A stretch of DNA of 63,477 nucleotides, counting the filler, from Intoshia linei (taxonomy: Eukaryota; Animalia; Orthonectida), in the NCBI GenBank assembly GCA_001642005.1. It is 8 parts of 8 records of this genome, joined end to end, with 100 filler letters (N's around TTAATTAATTAA, not from the genome) between each part and the next. Parts side by side here need not be neighbours in the genome. Positions count along the whole stretch, not along the records: positions 26,589 to 37,228 come from LWCA01001256.1; positions 37,329 to 45,135 come from LWCA01001516.1; 6 more parts are not named here. One strand, 5' to 3'. This document shows, one piece after another, positions 27,920 to 41,141 of the stretch. A program made the translations under genes and the position numbers. The notes beneath the pieces were generated by a model, which was not told the DNA's origin, did no database searches, and was given only the letters and a program-made list of their open reading frames with translations. How positions within the stretch are numbered: the stretch's first letter is position 1; the number at the start of each line of letters is the position of its first letter.

Positions 27920-29260
27920 TTTTGTGTAGTCTTTTCCACTGAAAGAGCCTCCACCATGAGCGCCCCAACCTCCATAGGTATCAACTATAATTTTGCGTCC
28001 AGTCAAACCGGCATCACTCTAAATAAGTTAAAATTGTATAAAATGAAACAAAACCCTTGGCCCTCCAATAACGAATTTCCCACTAGGATTTAAATGGTAT
28101 ATTGTATCGTCTGTCAAATAATCCAGAGGAATGACATGTTTAATTACAGTTTCCATCAATTTACTACGAATAGTTTCATTATCTACGTGTTCGTCGTGTT
28201 GAACCGACATTACGATTGTGTGGGCACTCAAAGGTACAGTTGCTCCATTATCGAGTTTGTATTTAAATGTGACCTAATTTTTAGAAGCATATTCATAGTT
28301 AAATTACCTGTGCTTTTGAATCTGGTCTAGCCCATTTTAAAATACCCATTTTCCTTAATCTATGATACCTTGCATTTAGTTGATGTGAAAGCAATAATGT
28401 CAAAGGAATAGACTCTTCAGTTTCATCAGTAGCGTATCTAGTATTAATAAAAACAATAATTATAATTTTAAACTATTAAATTTTAATTTTTTTTAAAAAT
28501 TACCCAAACATTGAACCTTGATCTCCAGCTGCAACGTTTAATTTTGATCTATTTTCGTATACAGCTGAAGCGATTTCCTCACTTTGTTGGATCAGACAAT
28601 TGTGAATGCTTACAGTTTTATAATCGAACCCTAAATTAGTTTAACCTTTACAAATCAGTCAAATATTTATTAATAATAACATTTTTCAAAAACAGAATAC
28701 TTATACATTACAAACTATCGGAATTCATAAGTATTTCTCGTGTGAACACTCGATAAGGACGAGCAAAGTTTATTATTATTGTTAATAAAAAATCCTTAGA
28801 ATATTTACATCGATTCCAGGAAACCAACAATTTTTACATGCACCCTTCGTAATAGTGTTTTATTACAAATATAAACATGTATTCTGAATTTACCCATGTC
28901 TGATGAAACGTATCCAATATTCTTGATGGTATTTCTAACAATTTTATCGACATTGATTACAGCATTAGAACTAATTTCACCGAAAAGCATCACCATCCCA
29001 TTTGATACTGCACATTCTACAAAATGTGTAAATATACACAATATGAATATTTATAAATTTAGCTATGATATTTAGTATGCTAAACAAATTTACCACACGC
29101 CACTTTAGCGTATGGGTCTTGAAAAAGGTGTGCATCCAAAATTGCGTCAGATATTTGATCGCAAAGTTTATCTATGATAATTAAATTAAAAATTAATACA
29201 TTAACCTGGATGTCCTTCGCCAACACTTTCGGATGTAAATAAAAACTGTTTATTGGCCAT
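27920..29260 (-). CDS. MAT: S-adenosylmethionine synthetase (MAT/sams); 7 exons seen, C-terminal exons missing
   Basis: Spliced translation: [18 protein letters not shown]|[26 protein letters not shown]|[17 protein letters not shown]..|[15 protein letters not shown]|[15 protein letters not shown]|[15 protein letters not shown]|[33 protein letters not shown]. Confidence 0.95.
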
Positions 29261-30229
29261 TCAGTTACTGTCACTTATTAGGTTTAAAAAGTATTATTTA
29301 ACGAATTAAATAAAATTTAATTATAATTAAAATTGTATAGTTGTACGTTATACAATAAACAACTTGTACACCAATAGAAAAAATTTATTTTCAGTACATG
29401 CAATAATATACAATTTAAACTAATTCCCGTAGTTATTACAACTTTTAATTTTTAATATTTTGATGTACGCTTATTTTTCATTGATAAGATTGTCAATTGA
29501 AGTAAGCATTAACGATATATTTTTGAATTTTAATCTTGTTTAAATATCTAAAAATGTTTACCGTCATTTTTAATTAATTTATCTTTACAATTTTAAGGTG
29601 CGAACCAGAAATAATACTTTACAAAAAATGAAAAAGCAATTAGGAAAGTAGCTATTGAGGTTATCTAAGGTATTACCAGCATTGCTGGGGTGAATTTTTT
29701 TACCAGCAAAATTAAAAAATTAGTTATTGAAAGTACATTAGTGCAGTTTCCAGATGTTGGGATTTTATCCCAAAGCATAGACGACCGCTAAGTTGTAAAT
29801 ATTTTGAATTTTTTTTTTCGTTTAATCATGGATATGCTTTATATTATATACAACTAAATTCAATGTTATGTACTACGTACAAACAGCACCTAGCTCTACC
29901 GAGGGCACATTTTTATTCTANCCGAATTATCCCTGAGCGGCAAGCAAAATCTAAAAAAAATGTAAAATGTTCACACCCTAATGTCCACTGACACTACGAT
30001 TAATTATCGTAACTGTTAGATTTTATTAATTTTCATAGCTTATGTTTACATATAAATATGTATTATGTAGTAACATGGATTCATCGGCTAAAATTTCACT
30101 AGATCTATCAAATATGTTACCTTGTCTGGTTGGTGGCGCTTGTGTAAATTAGCTAAATATTTCAATTTGAAATCACTATAATATTTTTAACAATATTATT
30201 ATTAATAATTTAAAAATATTAATTGCAAG

Positions 30230-30550
30230 GTTGCCACGATCTCAAAGACGATTGTGATAAAGAGAATTGTTCAAACAATGATTTAATAATGGATATGATG
30301 AAATATTGTCCCAAAACGTGTGGATATTGCAGTAATTCATTTTTTTTATCAATATTGCACTTAATATATATATATAAATATTATTATATATATTTTATTA
30401 ATATACTAACACTATGATATAATTATATTAATGTTGCAATTAGCGTCTGGATGCTACGATAAACAAAAGTATTGTAATTACAAAGATTGTACTCATGATG
30501 AATTAAAATATCACATGAGACTGATGTGTGCCAAGACGTGTGGATATTGT
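30230..30550 (+). CDS. Small protein with two ShKT (ShK toxin-like) domains; 5' exon uncertain
   Basis: Exon 30230-30331 gives CHDLKDDCDKENCSNNDLIMDMMKYCPKTCGYC. Exon 30444-~30550 gives CYDKQKYCNYKDCTHDELKYHMRLMCAKTCGYC. Both show the six-Cys ShKT pattern ending CxKTCGxC. Confidence 0.85.
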
Positions 30551-30977
30551 AATTTATTTAGTTTATATTCTCATACTCATGTCTAAATCAGGGCTTCTTA
30601 GCTAAGATACTCTACGTAACCATAATAACATTTAAACTATAAATGTTACCATGGTAGTTTACATATGCATATCTCAATTAATAAATTATTAATGCAGACA
30701 GAATATAATTTTCTGGTAGCACTGACTGTGAATTGTATTTCCCAGCCAATATTGAAACAAGTTTATTACATTAATTAACAAAAATCTTTCAAAATGTTTT
30801 GGACACTCCGCTACAAAGTTTCCGTCCACTATTTATATCAACATAGACTTTTATGCTTTAGTGAAGACATTAAATTAGATTTTTTATATAAAAAAAACAC
30901 AAAAAAATTTGTACACACAGATATTAGGTATAAGTATAACACATATGGTCATATTTTATAAACAACTATGTTGACTA

Positions 30978-31541
30978 CTAGTTGACTCTTATGTACTACG
31001 TATAAACAGCACCTAGCTCTACCGAGGGCACATTTTTATTCTACCAAAAAAATAAATTCACGTTGAAAATCTAACTAAAAATCCATATATTGACTATTAT
31101 CAATCCTTTAAAGAAGTGGATCCCAAACTTGTTTCAGGTGGAACCGTCATATCACATTACTTTTTATATTAAACTGAATTATTCTATTTTAATTTTGTTT
31201 TGTTAACATTTGAATTTTTGTGTGTTAACAGGATACAACTGTATCACCTGTAAATTTTTTTAAATTATAGGGCTGTTTTCATTAAAAAAAAATAATTTGT
31301 GGTTTTGGCCCCGAAGATATAATTTTTTTAAATTCTCGAACTCATTTGATTGTCAAAAAAGGACAATTGGACTTTTTGACCCATAAGATGTGTTTGGGAG
31401 GTTGAAATTTATTTTACTAACACCCCGGAAAAAACTGTAATTGAAATGTGGACTTTATAAAAGTCTAAGTCTGGTAGTTATTGAAACAAACGGTAATGCA
31501 CACACAAACAAATGTTGCATAGCATATTATATAAGTAAGGA
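30978..31541 (-). mobile_element. Short non-autonomous Helitron with both termini intact
   Basis: On the minus strand A^TCCTTACTTATATAATATGC...CTAG^T, inserted in an AT target with no TSD, and with a subterminal hairpin. Confidence 0.85.
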
Positions 31542-31866
31542 TTTGAATTTCACGTAGAATGATATATAATGTACTTTCAGAAATAGTTAAATGTCACAAT
31601 TTTTAGATTTACCGATGTTAATAAAAAAATTTTTATTTATCCCATAATTTAATTTTTATTTACAGTGCAAATTCAACAGACAAACATTAAACTTTGACAA
31701 AAGGCAATAGTAAAAACTGCTACATATGCTCGTTAAAATGGTAAAAAGACATGAATCACCCATCCGAACTGACTTGATTACCGAATAATATTAATTAATT
31801 ATACATCTGCTGTCTGATAAAAAAATTGAAAGTATACAATTTAATTTTAAATGACATATATTACAA

Positions 31867-32905
31867 TCAATCACGACACATAAAGTAGATGCAAATTAAA
31901 ATTATTACAAACTAAAGTAAAAATTATAATGAAAAAAATGTTAGTAACCTGTATAATTAAAAATGCAATAGCTACACCAAAACCTTGATAGCCATAAGAT
32001 TGAATATTTGAGTAAATTTTATCCCAACACCCCTAAACAAATGAAAAAAATAATAGATACAATTACAGTATTGGCATAAGACGTAGTATTGTCAGGTTTG
32101 CTAGTAACGCACGTAAGGTCTTTCTTGTGCATACAACAAACAAACGGAAAGTTTTTTTTTTGTGTCCCTGCATCTGTATCGATAGTTTTGTTAAATTTCT
32201 CGGCACTCTCGAAATCAATATAATTATGAACTCCACAGCATTTAAACTAGACCACATGATTTTTAAAAAGTACACTTTACCTTTATCATGACAGCATTCC
32301 AAACAATTGTTGGAAAAGAAGTAGTTGAAGTAGAATTTGTATAGTACTTTGTTAGCGTAGACGTCAATTCACTTTGCATTTTTGAATTTAACTAATTTTA
32401 ATAATTACATGTAAAGTTTTGCATACCGCTCCAAAATATACAACCAACAAAAGAATCAATTGAAACAATAGCACAATACTCAAAATTATTGTATACTAAA
32501 AAATATTTAAACTACATTTCAATATAAATAAAATAATAATACCACAAATAAAAGCTTTTTACTTTTACAACAAATACCGCAACATCCGAGTAGGGAGGTA
32601 ATAAGCAAAATTAATCCAATAATAATAAGTGGAATAGACAATGGTTTTGTCATGCTATTAAGGTCAAAGCCCGCCGAGTCTGCCGAGTCGATTAAATTCG
32701 CCTTTTGGTCTTCAGATAGCAAATTAGACATCACCATTGAAGACATGTTTGTTACAAACAAAATTCCCATTATCAACGCAAATAAACCAATCAACTGATT
32801 AATTAAATTAATTTACAAAACTTTTATCATTACCCCAATCAACACATTAATTACAATTATTATAATTTGAGAAACTGTTACAGCTATTCCTTTACCTTCT
32901 GCCAT
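31867..32905 (-). CDS. Tetraspanin
   Basis: Four hydrophobic segments. LLGCCG follows TM2. The large loop has FKCCGVHNYIDF, PFVCC and GCWDKI. Ends FVIILICIYFMCRD*. Confidence 0.9.
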
Positions 32906-33587
32906 GCTATAAATTTAATATCGCTATATTTTTAAAATCAATCAAATGAACGAAATACAATTTATTTATTGGTTCTAATATAGGTTGCCAAGTATGCAAT
33001 TAATTACGTAAGAATGACATATGGTGCTGTTTTGTTCCATTTGTTAACAATAGATTTACATTCTAATATATTTATTCCACTCTAATATCTATTGAAATCC
33101 ATTTTATTACATCGATTTCTTGATTTTGTTTTAGTTTCACTGCGAAGTAATCTAATATACTTTAAATTGTATGTATTTTGTGTATGTTAAATATTAAATT
33201 ATATTTGTTTGGTTTAGTTTATTAAATTTTAATATTCATGTTAGACAATTAACTTTTTTATCGAGTATAAATCAATATTCTCATTTATTGCAACAAGTAT
33301 GCGTTAATTGTGTTAGTTGGCACTCCCAACTGAACCAGGAAAATTGGATTTCTAACAGGAATTCTGATAAATGTCTTATTTATTAATTTTAATCGCCCAC
33401 GTTTTATTGTGGCTTAAATGGAATCATTATAAATTTCGTCCGTGCCTAATACAGTGTTTCCCAATCACCGTAAACTATACTAAATTTGTTTCGAATAAAT
33501 AACAATGATTTTAACGATATTCGGTATATTGATACCAATGGTAACAACGAAACCTACTATAAATGTAACTTAGTTATCACCATTTAC

Positions 33588-33886
33588 CAGACCCGTGGAG
33601 ATGGGACTACGGCCATATGGACCGAGTATACAATCATGAGGTGTCTACTTTTTTAATAGTAATAATGTATTAATAAGTAATGTTGGGAAATTTCTTAAAA
33701 GTATACCAAAAATTATCGTATAATAAAATAATTATAGTAGATTCTAACAGTCTAATTACTAATTAATTATACTTAATTTTTGTAAACTTAACATTACGAT
33801 TGTGTAATTGCAATTTTTAAAAAGATTTTTATAGGGCTTACCATGTCCGTCACATCCAGGCTTACTGCTGACAGTCTACGGCTCTG
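33588..33886. mobile_element. hAT MITE
   Basis: 8-bp TSD CCATTTAC on both sides. Imperfect TIRs CAGACCCGTGG / CTACGGCTCTG. Confidence 0.75.
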
Positions 33887-33949
33887 CCATTTACTGGTAC
33901 GCTAGAGTGAAAAGATTGGGAACTTTTTATTTTCTTAAAACCCTACGTT

Positions 33950-34800
33950 GGTAATATTTGTGTGTAACCATTTATTGAAAAAATTAACAGTCGTCGAATT
34001 TAAAAAACCTAATTTCTAATACAGTTTTTTCAAGACGTGTTTTTATCTATTTTTCAGTTTTATAATTTCCCCTTTTGTTAAAAAAATCAACCCAATAATA
34101 ATAACATAAATTATAAGACGCGTTTTAAAATCATTAAAATTGACGTTAATCTCAGCTTCATAAATGCACCTTCATAGTGAAAACCCCAAATTACTCTATA
34201 TTCTAAAAATCAAAATAAAAAATACATTTTCAGATAGTTTATAAAATAATAAACATTATCAATAAATCAATACCTCTAAAAAGATAATTTTCACTATCAA
34301 AACCCAGAATACCATTTTATTTTAAATTAAAACCGCCCTAGAATTTAAAAAATTTCAATCCTAATAAGTGACGCCTTTACGGTCAAAAAAACATTTTAAA
34401 ACAAAAAATGTGAAATAATTAACCGTCCGAAAACTAAAAAAAAAAATTATTCTGATAGACTTTATTCCATTTGATATAAATACATAATTTTTACCCAGAA
34501 ATCTACGCATTCCCGATGGAAAATAATTTTTAATGTATTATCAAATAATATTTTTCAAATATTTCGATTAAAATTGAAAATGTAAATATTGATCCTACAA
34601 TTTCAAAAAAAATGTGCAGTGAACGTGCACACATTTCCAATAAAGAAATATGGGTGAAAATCTATATAATTCATTCCTTCGCAATTTTTTAATCTCAAAT
34701 TCTTATTTTCAAAACATTTTATTTAAAATTTAAATTAAAACTACAACAACAAATTACTAAAAGTAATACAACTTTGTTATTATCATTTTTATATTAATGA
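33950..34800 (+). mobile_element. Helitron-family internal fragment
   Basis: Collinear similarity to 58100-58670, e.g. AAGAAATATGGGTGAAAATCTATATAATTCATTCCTT and ACTACAACAAC. Confidence 0.7.
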
Positions 34801-35314
34801 TGATTAATCTGAAGCATTACAAATGTATTAATTACAATTTCCTTTTATGACTTTGTTAAGTGTTCAAGTAAAATGCTCAATGAGCATTGCTCATTTTAGT
34901 TTATCAATTTCAAAAATTATAACATTTTAAAACGAGTATAACATTATGAAATTACTGAGTAATTATGCATTATACGACTAACGATTAATCGTAATAGCTA
35001 ACCAATTATCCTAAATACATAGAATTTATTTCATAATTATGAATTTCGTTAAGAATTAAGTAATTATTCAATTAAAAGCCACCTAATTACAAAAAAAATT
35101 ATTTCTATAGTTTATTACATCACTTTTAATGACTAGCCTAATAAACTGACATACTGTGTATCAAAAACAGACCGAGTTCATGATCAAACCTTTTTGCTGT
35201 ATCAATAATCTCAATAGAAACCGGTCCTGTGATTATTTATTGAAAACTATTAGTAACGTGATAAAGAATAATTAATATTGAAATTAGTCAAAATAATTTT
35301 AAAAATTAAAATCG

Positions 35315-36066
35315 ATGACAAAACATGACCATAATCATGGACATTCTTGCTCTCACGATGTAATTGAAGAGTCAATTTTCAATGGAAAAACATATACATT
35401 ACACAAAAATGTTGAATTTGAACATTTACTTTGTTTAAATGAAACGACGGAAGATTCTGGTAAATTTATTCTAAAAGACTGGGATAAAAGATTTGACGGA
35501 GATGAGGTTTATTTAAATTATTTTTATTTATTATCATGTAAAATCCATTTTAAATTTAGTATCTTGAAAGCTATGCCGATGAAGAATTAATAATACGCAT
35601 TCCGTTTAATTTTAATTGATAAAAATAATGTATCCTTAGATTTGGTCAATCTGTTAATATTAAAAACTTGATAATAATGGGAGTTGATGAAGAGAGTCAC
35701 CCGTCCGCTATCCAACTCTACAAAAACAAAGCATTAACTTTTAATGATACAAGACTCAAATGCGATCAATCTTTTAATTTAATATGTGATACTAAAGGAT
35801 TGGTTGAATATCCTGTCAAGTTGGTAAAATGTAGCAGTGTAATAATGTAATTTAGAGGGTACAAATTTTCAAATCTCAGAATGTTTACGATATTTATACC
35901 AAAATCGTTTTCTGGCGGAAATACAAAAATAAAATATATTGGATTAAAGGGAGAGGTTTCTAAAGTACAACCAAGCAAGCAAGGAATTATTGTATACGAA
36001 AGTCGAGCCAATCCAGTCGATCACAAGACAAATTTAATCAATAGCAATGTTAAAACTATCATGTAG
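35315..36066 (+). CDS. PITHD1: PITH domain-containing protein 1
   Basis: His-rich start MTKHDHNHGHSCSHD, then CLNETTEDSGKFILKDWDKR, YLESYADEELIIRIP, KTKIKYIGLKGE and VYESRANPVDHK. Three short introns. Confidence 0.9.
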
Positions 36067-36102
36067 ATTTAATGTATAATTTATATATAAATTTTACAAA
36101 AT

Positions 36103-36316
36103 TTATCGCAGTCTCCTAGCTTCTCTTTCGGATTCTCGGAGAATTAAGATGTCGTTTTTTCTAACAGGTCCAATTACATTTCTTAAAATGGTTCTAGATT
36201 TTCCATCTATACCGTTCAAAACTACTCTAACCTAATATATTGTTATATTTGTATTTCATAGATAAACCTGTCGACACTGCCCAGCAGATCCAGTAGATCC
36301 CAATACGCTTTCCACC
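36103..36316 (-). CDS. RPS28: 40S ribosomal protein S28 (eS28); first exon not resolved
   Basis: [16 protein letters not shown]|[42 protein letters not shown], with the signature [10 protein letters not shown]. Confidence 0.9.
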
Positions 36317-37429
36317 TAAATAATTACAATTAATTGTTTTTTTTGACAAAAATATTACAGAAATGTGTTACTCAGATGGTCAAACTAAAAAAATTGGTTA
36401 ACCAATTTGTGAATTAGCAGTGACATGTTAAACTTAACACAAAAGAGTACGGTACAAATTAGTGATTGTGCCGGTTTCGTGGAATGAAATAAGTTTTTTA
36501 TGATAATAGGATTGGAATAAGATATCAGGTTAATTCTTTTACTAATCTGAATTGACCCACTTAATTGCAGAAGGACTATCGTACTAACTAGTGATAATTG
36601 CAATAATTTTTTCGGCAACTAGAATGAAACTTTTAAATATGCAAATATATTGTAGAACATTTTTGTATGGAATCTATAAAATGGCAAGCTTCTCGCAAAT
36701 TTTTATCTAATTTAATTTTTTTTGTATTGTCATTGTTGATTATTACTTTAATGGTTTAATTTAATTTTAAAATTTTGGAATACCCTAATATATAATATAT
36801 ACCTTTAGATTTAAATATTTAGATAAAATTTTTAAGCTCGGAAAAGTATTATAAAAATTACTATCTGAAATAATCAGCGAGTGAATTCATTCACACTATT
36901 TCGAGTATAAATAACTAAATTTCAGTGTATCTATCAAAATAAATTGTAAACCCTTTAAAAGAGAGGTTCTCAATCTTTTTTGAGCTATCTCCCCTAAATG
37001 AAAATTTTTGTCGTTCGTAAAATATTTATCATGGATTAATATTAATAATTAACAAAAAGCAAAAAATGCTTGACTATAATACAACTCGCAGTATTAGTTA
37101 TAATTAGGGCGATTTTTTTTAACCTTTAAAAACAAAAATTTAACTTACAAATCAAATTTATTAACTTTTGGAAGAAAAATTCACGTAGTGTTGTTTTTTT
37201 CGTTAAATTTTTTTCTAAACAGTGATGANNNNNNNNNNNNNNNNNNNNNNNNNNNNNNNNNNNNNNNNNNNNTTAATTAATTAANNNNNNNNNNNNNNNN
37301 NNNNNNNNNNNNNNNNNNNNNNNNNNNNTATTGCATAAATAACCTATATGGCAACTCAAAAATACCATTATTCGAAGAAATTCATTTTTTTCACATAGTT
37401 TTGAGGATGAGTTTACAATTAATATCTAA

Positions 37430-37870
37430 TTATTATAGTAATAGACAATGATCTGTGTCATTCACACATTGAAGATATCTTGTCTAAACAAGAATTTTTG
37501 GAGCATTATATATTACGGTATATAAATAATTGAATGCTATATAATATTTTTTAAGATTGGCCCCCTACAGCCCAATGCTGAACCCAATAGAAAAGGTGTG
37601 GTCAGTGATTAAGTCTGAAGTAAAACGACAATTATAAGTAATATTAGGTTTCATGTAATAACTATATATTTATATTAGTTAGAATGCCACAAATCTTAGT
37701 TGCTGACAGGGACAATATGAGTATCATGAATTTTAGGTATATTATATGGGAATATATTGAAATAGCTTAATTATTAACAGACTCCAAATATTGGAAAAAT
37801 TGATAACTGAATCTATTGACTACATAACCCCACAGTTATGCATCAACTGTATATCCGGCATTCTAAATTA
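37430..37870 (+). pseudogene. Intron-containing IS630/Tc1-superfamily (DDE_3) transposase C-terminus
   Basis: IIVIDNDLCHSHIEDILSKQEFLEHYILR|LAPYSPMLNPIEKVWSVIKSEVKRQL*...MPQILVADRDNMSIMNFR|LQILEKLITESIDYITPQLC. GT-AG introns at 37518-37555 and 37737-37780 restore the frame. Confidence 0.75.
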
Positions 37871-38346
37871 AATATATTGATGCAATAAACAAGATTGATA
37901 TGCAATTTTGAGGTAATTTTAGTTAATTAATAATTTCAAATAATTTTTAGGGTGAATCAATTTATCTAAATCAAGCAATTATATTTTTGTAAATTAAATA
38001 ATCATAACTAATATAAAACTACTTCTGTCAAAAATGGATATAACATTTACACAAAATTATTCAAAAAAGAATTTGAAACGTTTATTAAGAAATAGTTAGA
38101 AAAAAGGAATTTTTAGAAATGACTCAATACTGACGTAAAAAATAGAAATTTTCGCCCATATAATACTGATTGTAATTTTAATTAGTTGTAGCGAAGTTTC
38201 TGTTTATATTTACGTAAGGGTTTTGGAATAAACCCACATTTTCACATTGAAAGTAATTGTTATCACATTGACAATCGTTATTCCGTTTTGAATTTAGCTA
38301 TTATCACATCGGTTGTAATTATTATCATATCGATAGTGAAGTGGTA

Positions 38347-39084
38347 TAGTGATTGTGCCAGTACAATATTCCCGGGATTTTTACGATTTCCTGAAAAAAA
38401 TTGAAAAACCTATATTTGATTTATGTTTGTTATTACTATGAAAATATGATTATATTATAATATTTAAAATTTACCATTTCAAACCCTCATGGAAAAATTG
38501 TCTTACACCGATATTCTTTTCAAAAATCCGATTTTACGAAATCTTATAAAAAAATCTAATTTTCCAGCTTTTAATGGAAAAATATCCTTTTTTTAAAAAC
38601 TTTTTATTCCAACCACAAATTACTAATGCTTAAGTGAATTATCCTCTTTTTCCAATATTATTTTGTAAAATATTATGAGTTCTACGAACTGGAACGCTAT
38701 CATCAAGATTGTTAAAAATTAAAGGAAGCCCTTATGACCGTTCAACCTACGTCAACACAAAATGAAAGAAATTTCTCTACTGCCTCTAATTTCGTTACAA
38801 AACATAAAACGCGTTTAAAAGACAAATCTATCAATATTATGTGTGTTTTGAAACAATCTAAAATAAATAAATTTTTTTATAATTAAATTTGTAAATTTCA
38901 ATCTAGATTCGTGTTATTTTATTAATTAAATTTCTTTTTGTTTCTAAAATTAATTAAGGTCTTTAAAATTTTTAATGCTTCTACAATGTAGAATCTACAT
39001 ATTCTGTATATTATATATGAGTAAAAATTTTTTATTTTTCCCGGTTCTCAACTTTTGTCATTTCCCGGGAAATCACAATCACTA
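38347..39084 (+). mobile_element. hAT deletion derivative with dimerisation-domain remnant
   Basis: TIRs TAGTGATTGTG / CACAATCACTA with subterminal TTCCCGGGA. Translation LMTVQPTSTQNERNFSTASNFVTKHKTRLKDKSINIMCVLK. An inverted copy of the 3' end lies at ~26378-26488. Confidence 0.8.
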
Positions 39085-39521
39085 GTATCAACTGAGCTTA
39101 CTTATTTATATGAGTTTTCTCCATAGTCGGTAGTCCTAGATTAAATTATACTTACCAAGTTCAATGGCCAGTAAAATAAATAATAAGCCCCAAATTTTTT
39201 TTAACCGTTTGTTGCTGACGATCATTAATTTACTGGATTGAGTTTGATAAAATATTTCTCAAAGTCGTACTTGAAGAAATATTAAAAGAAATTAAATACT
39301 AAAAGAAATATTAGATCAGTGTTTCTTGAAATATCGATCTGATAAATCGAAAATATCGAATCGAAATATTTGAAGATCTCGATGGCTCGAGATACTTTGA
39401 ATTTTTTTATAAACAGATTTTTAAAGCTTATATGATTCTGTAATGCAGAATCCGGTTCTCAAAAATCGTATAAATTCGCAAATAAAGATTAAAAAAATGG
39501 TATCCACTACAGTGGATACTA

Positions 39522-40350
39522 TCCTTACTTACATGAAGTAATTTACAAGTGTTAGATTTTTGTTTTAAAAATGTGTGTCTGTTACCATTTATTTAAGAAA
39601 GTAATAGACTAAGTAAGTAAAATTTTAAGAATACCCATTTCTAACAAAGGGTTTCGAGAGATATGTTTTATCGCAAATCTAATTATCAGAAATTCAGTCC
39701 TTTGAGGCCAAAAATCCCATGTATTTTTTTTTTTTTTAAATTCAAGAGTCTATAAAAATAAAAAAATATACAATCTGATAATGATTTTAAAATCATCAGC
39801 ATTATAATAAATTTCAATTTCAAAATTTTATATCTTCACGGCCAAAACCACAAAAGACTCCCTTTTTTTCAAAATGAAAAAAGTCCTAAAATTTTATACA
39901 ACATAAATTGTGGGATAGTTTTTAAAATCATAAACATTACCATAAATTGCAAACCCAAAAAAGTTGATTTTCACGATCAAAACCTCACATTACTCTTTTT
40001 TTAAAAGATGAAAATAATCTAGAATTTTAAAAAAAATTACAGATAATAGTTATATCTTGTTGACACACACAAAAAATTTCAATCTGAGAAAGTGATGCCT
40101 TCACGGTCAAAAAAGCACTGTAATATTCATTTTTTTTATTTCGAAATTATTTTATTAACAAATTGTAAAACAAAAAATTTAAAATAATTAAGGTCCTACA
40201 ATTAAGAAAAAAGATTCTTCTGATACAGCTTATTCCAGTTGATATAAATACAAAATTAAAACTCCAAAAATCAACACATTCCCGGTGGAAAATAACTTGT
40301 TCATTCTCAAAACGTTTAAAATTAATTTAAAGTACAAATATGTTATTATC
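39522..40350 (+). mobile_element. Helitron-family copy with 5' end, 3' truncated
   Basis: Starts A^TCCTTACTTAC and carries the family modules GTGATGCCTTCACGGTCAAAAAAGCA and CTGATACAGCTTATTCCAGTTGATATAAATAC. Confidence 0.7.
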
Positions 40351-41141
40351 ATTTTATATTTATTACAATGTTGGTAAAATTGACCTGAAATATTTTTTTA
40401 AAGTTCTAGTCTTTTAATTATTGGTACAAAATATTTTTAAATATTTTATTTTTTATTGAAACAGATACTAGTATATACAATCACATTAAAAAAGAAATTA
40501 CCGGTATTTACAGTTTTATTTTTTATGGAATTTTAGTTATCTATGACGATTTTATTTCAAAAAAGTGGAAATTGTGTTTTTGACCTTGATAGACTTAATA
40601 TTTTAAAATTTAATTTGCAAAAAAACCTCACTCTCATAAAACTGTATTAGAAATTTGATTTTTTTAAATTCTAGAACAGCTTAATTTTTTAACTGAACAC
40701 ACATTCAATTTTATATAAGCGTAAAGAAGACACATTGTTACTCTTCAAAACCATTTTTTTAAGAAAATTATATTGTATATTACTGTGCATGCGACTCAAA
40801 AAAATAAAAAAATTTCATATTTTTTTGGGAACAATTTTCACCATTACCCATGAAAAATATAAAATTAACCACTCGTGGGTAAATACTCACAGGTTGGGAA
40901 TCACTCATCCATAGTGATTATTGAATTTTTTAACGCTCATTCTTAAATTCATAAAAAGGCGTCCATTTTACAAAAATTTCGTTGATTAACTAACTTGATT
41001 CGTTGACGTAACTAAATGTAAACGTTGAAGCTCGAACACGGATCTTGGTACGCCCTGAATGAACCTAAATGTGAGAAAATATACAAATTTTTAAAAATGC
41101 ACCCAATAAATAATTATAATTAATGTAAGTCAATATACTAG

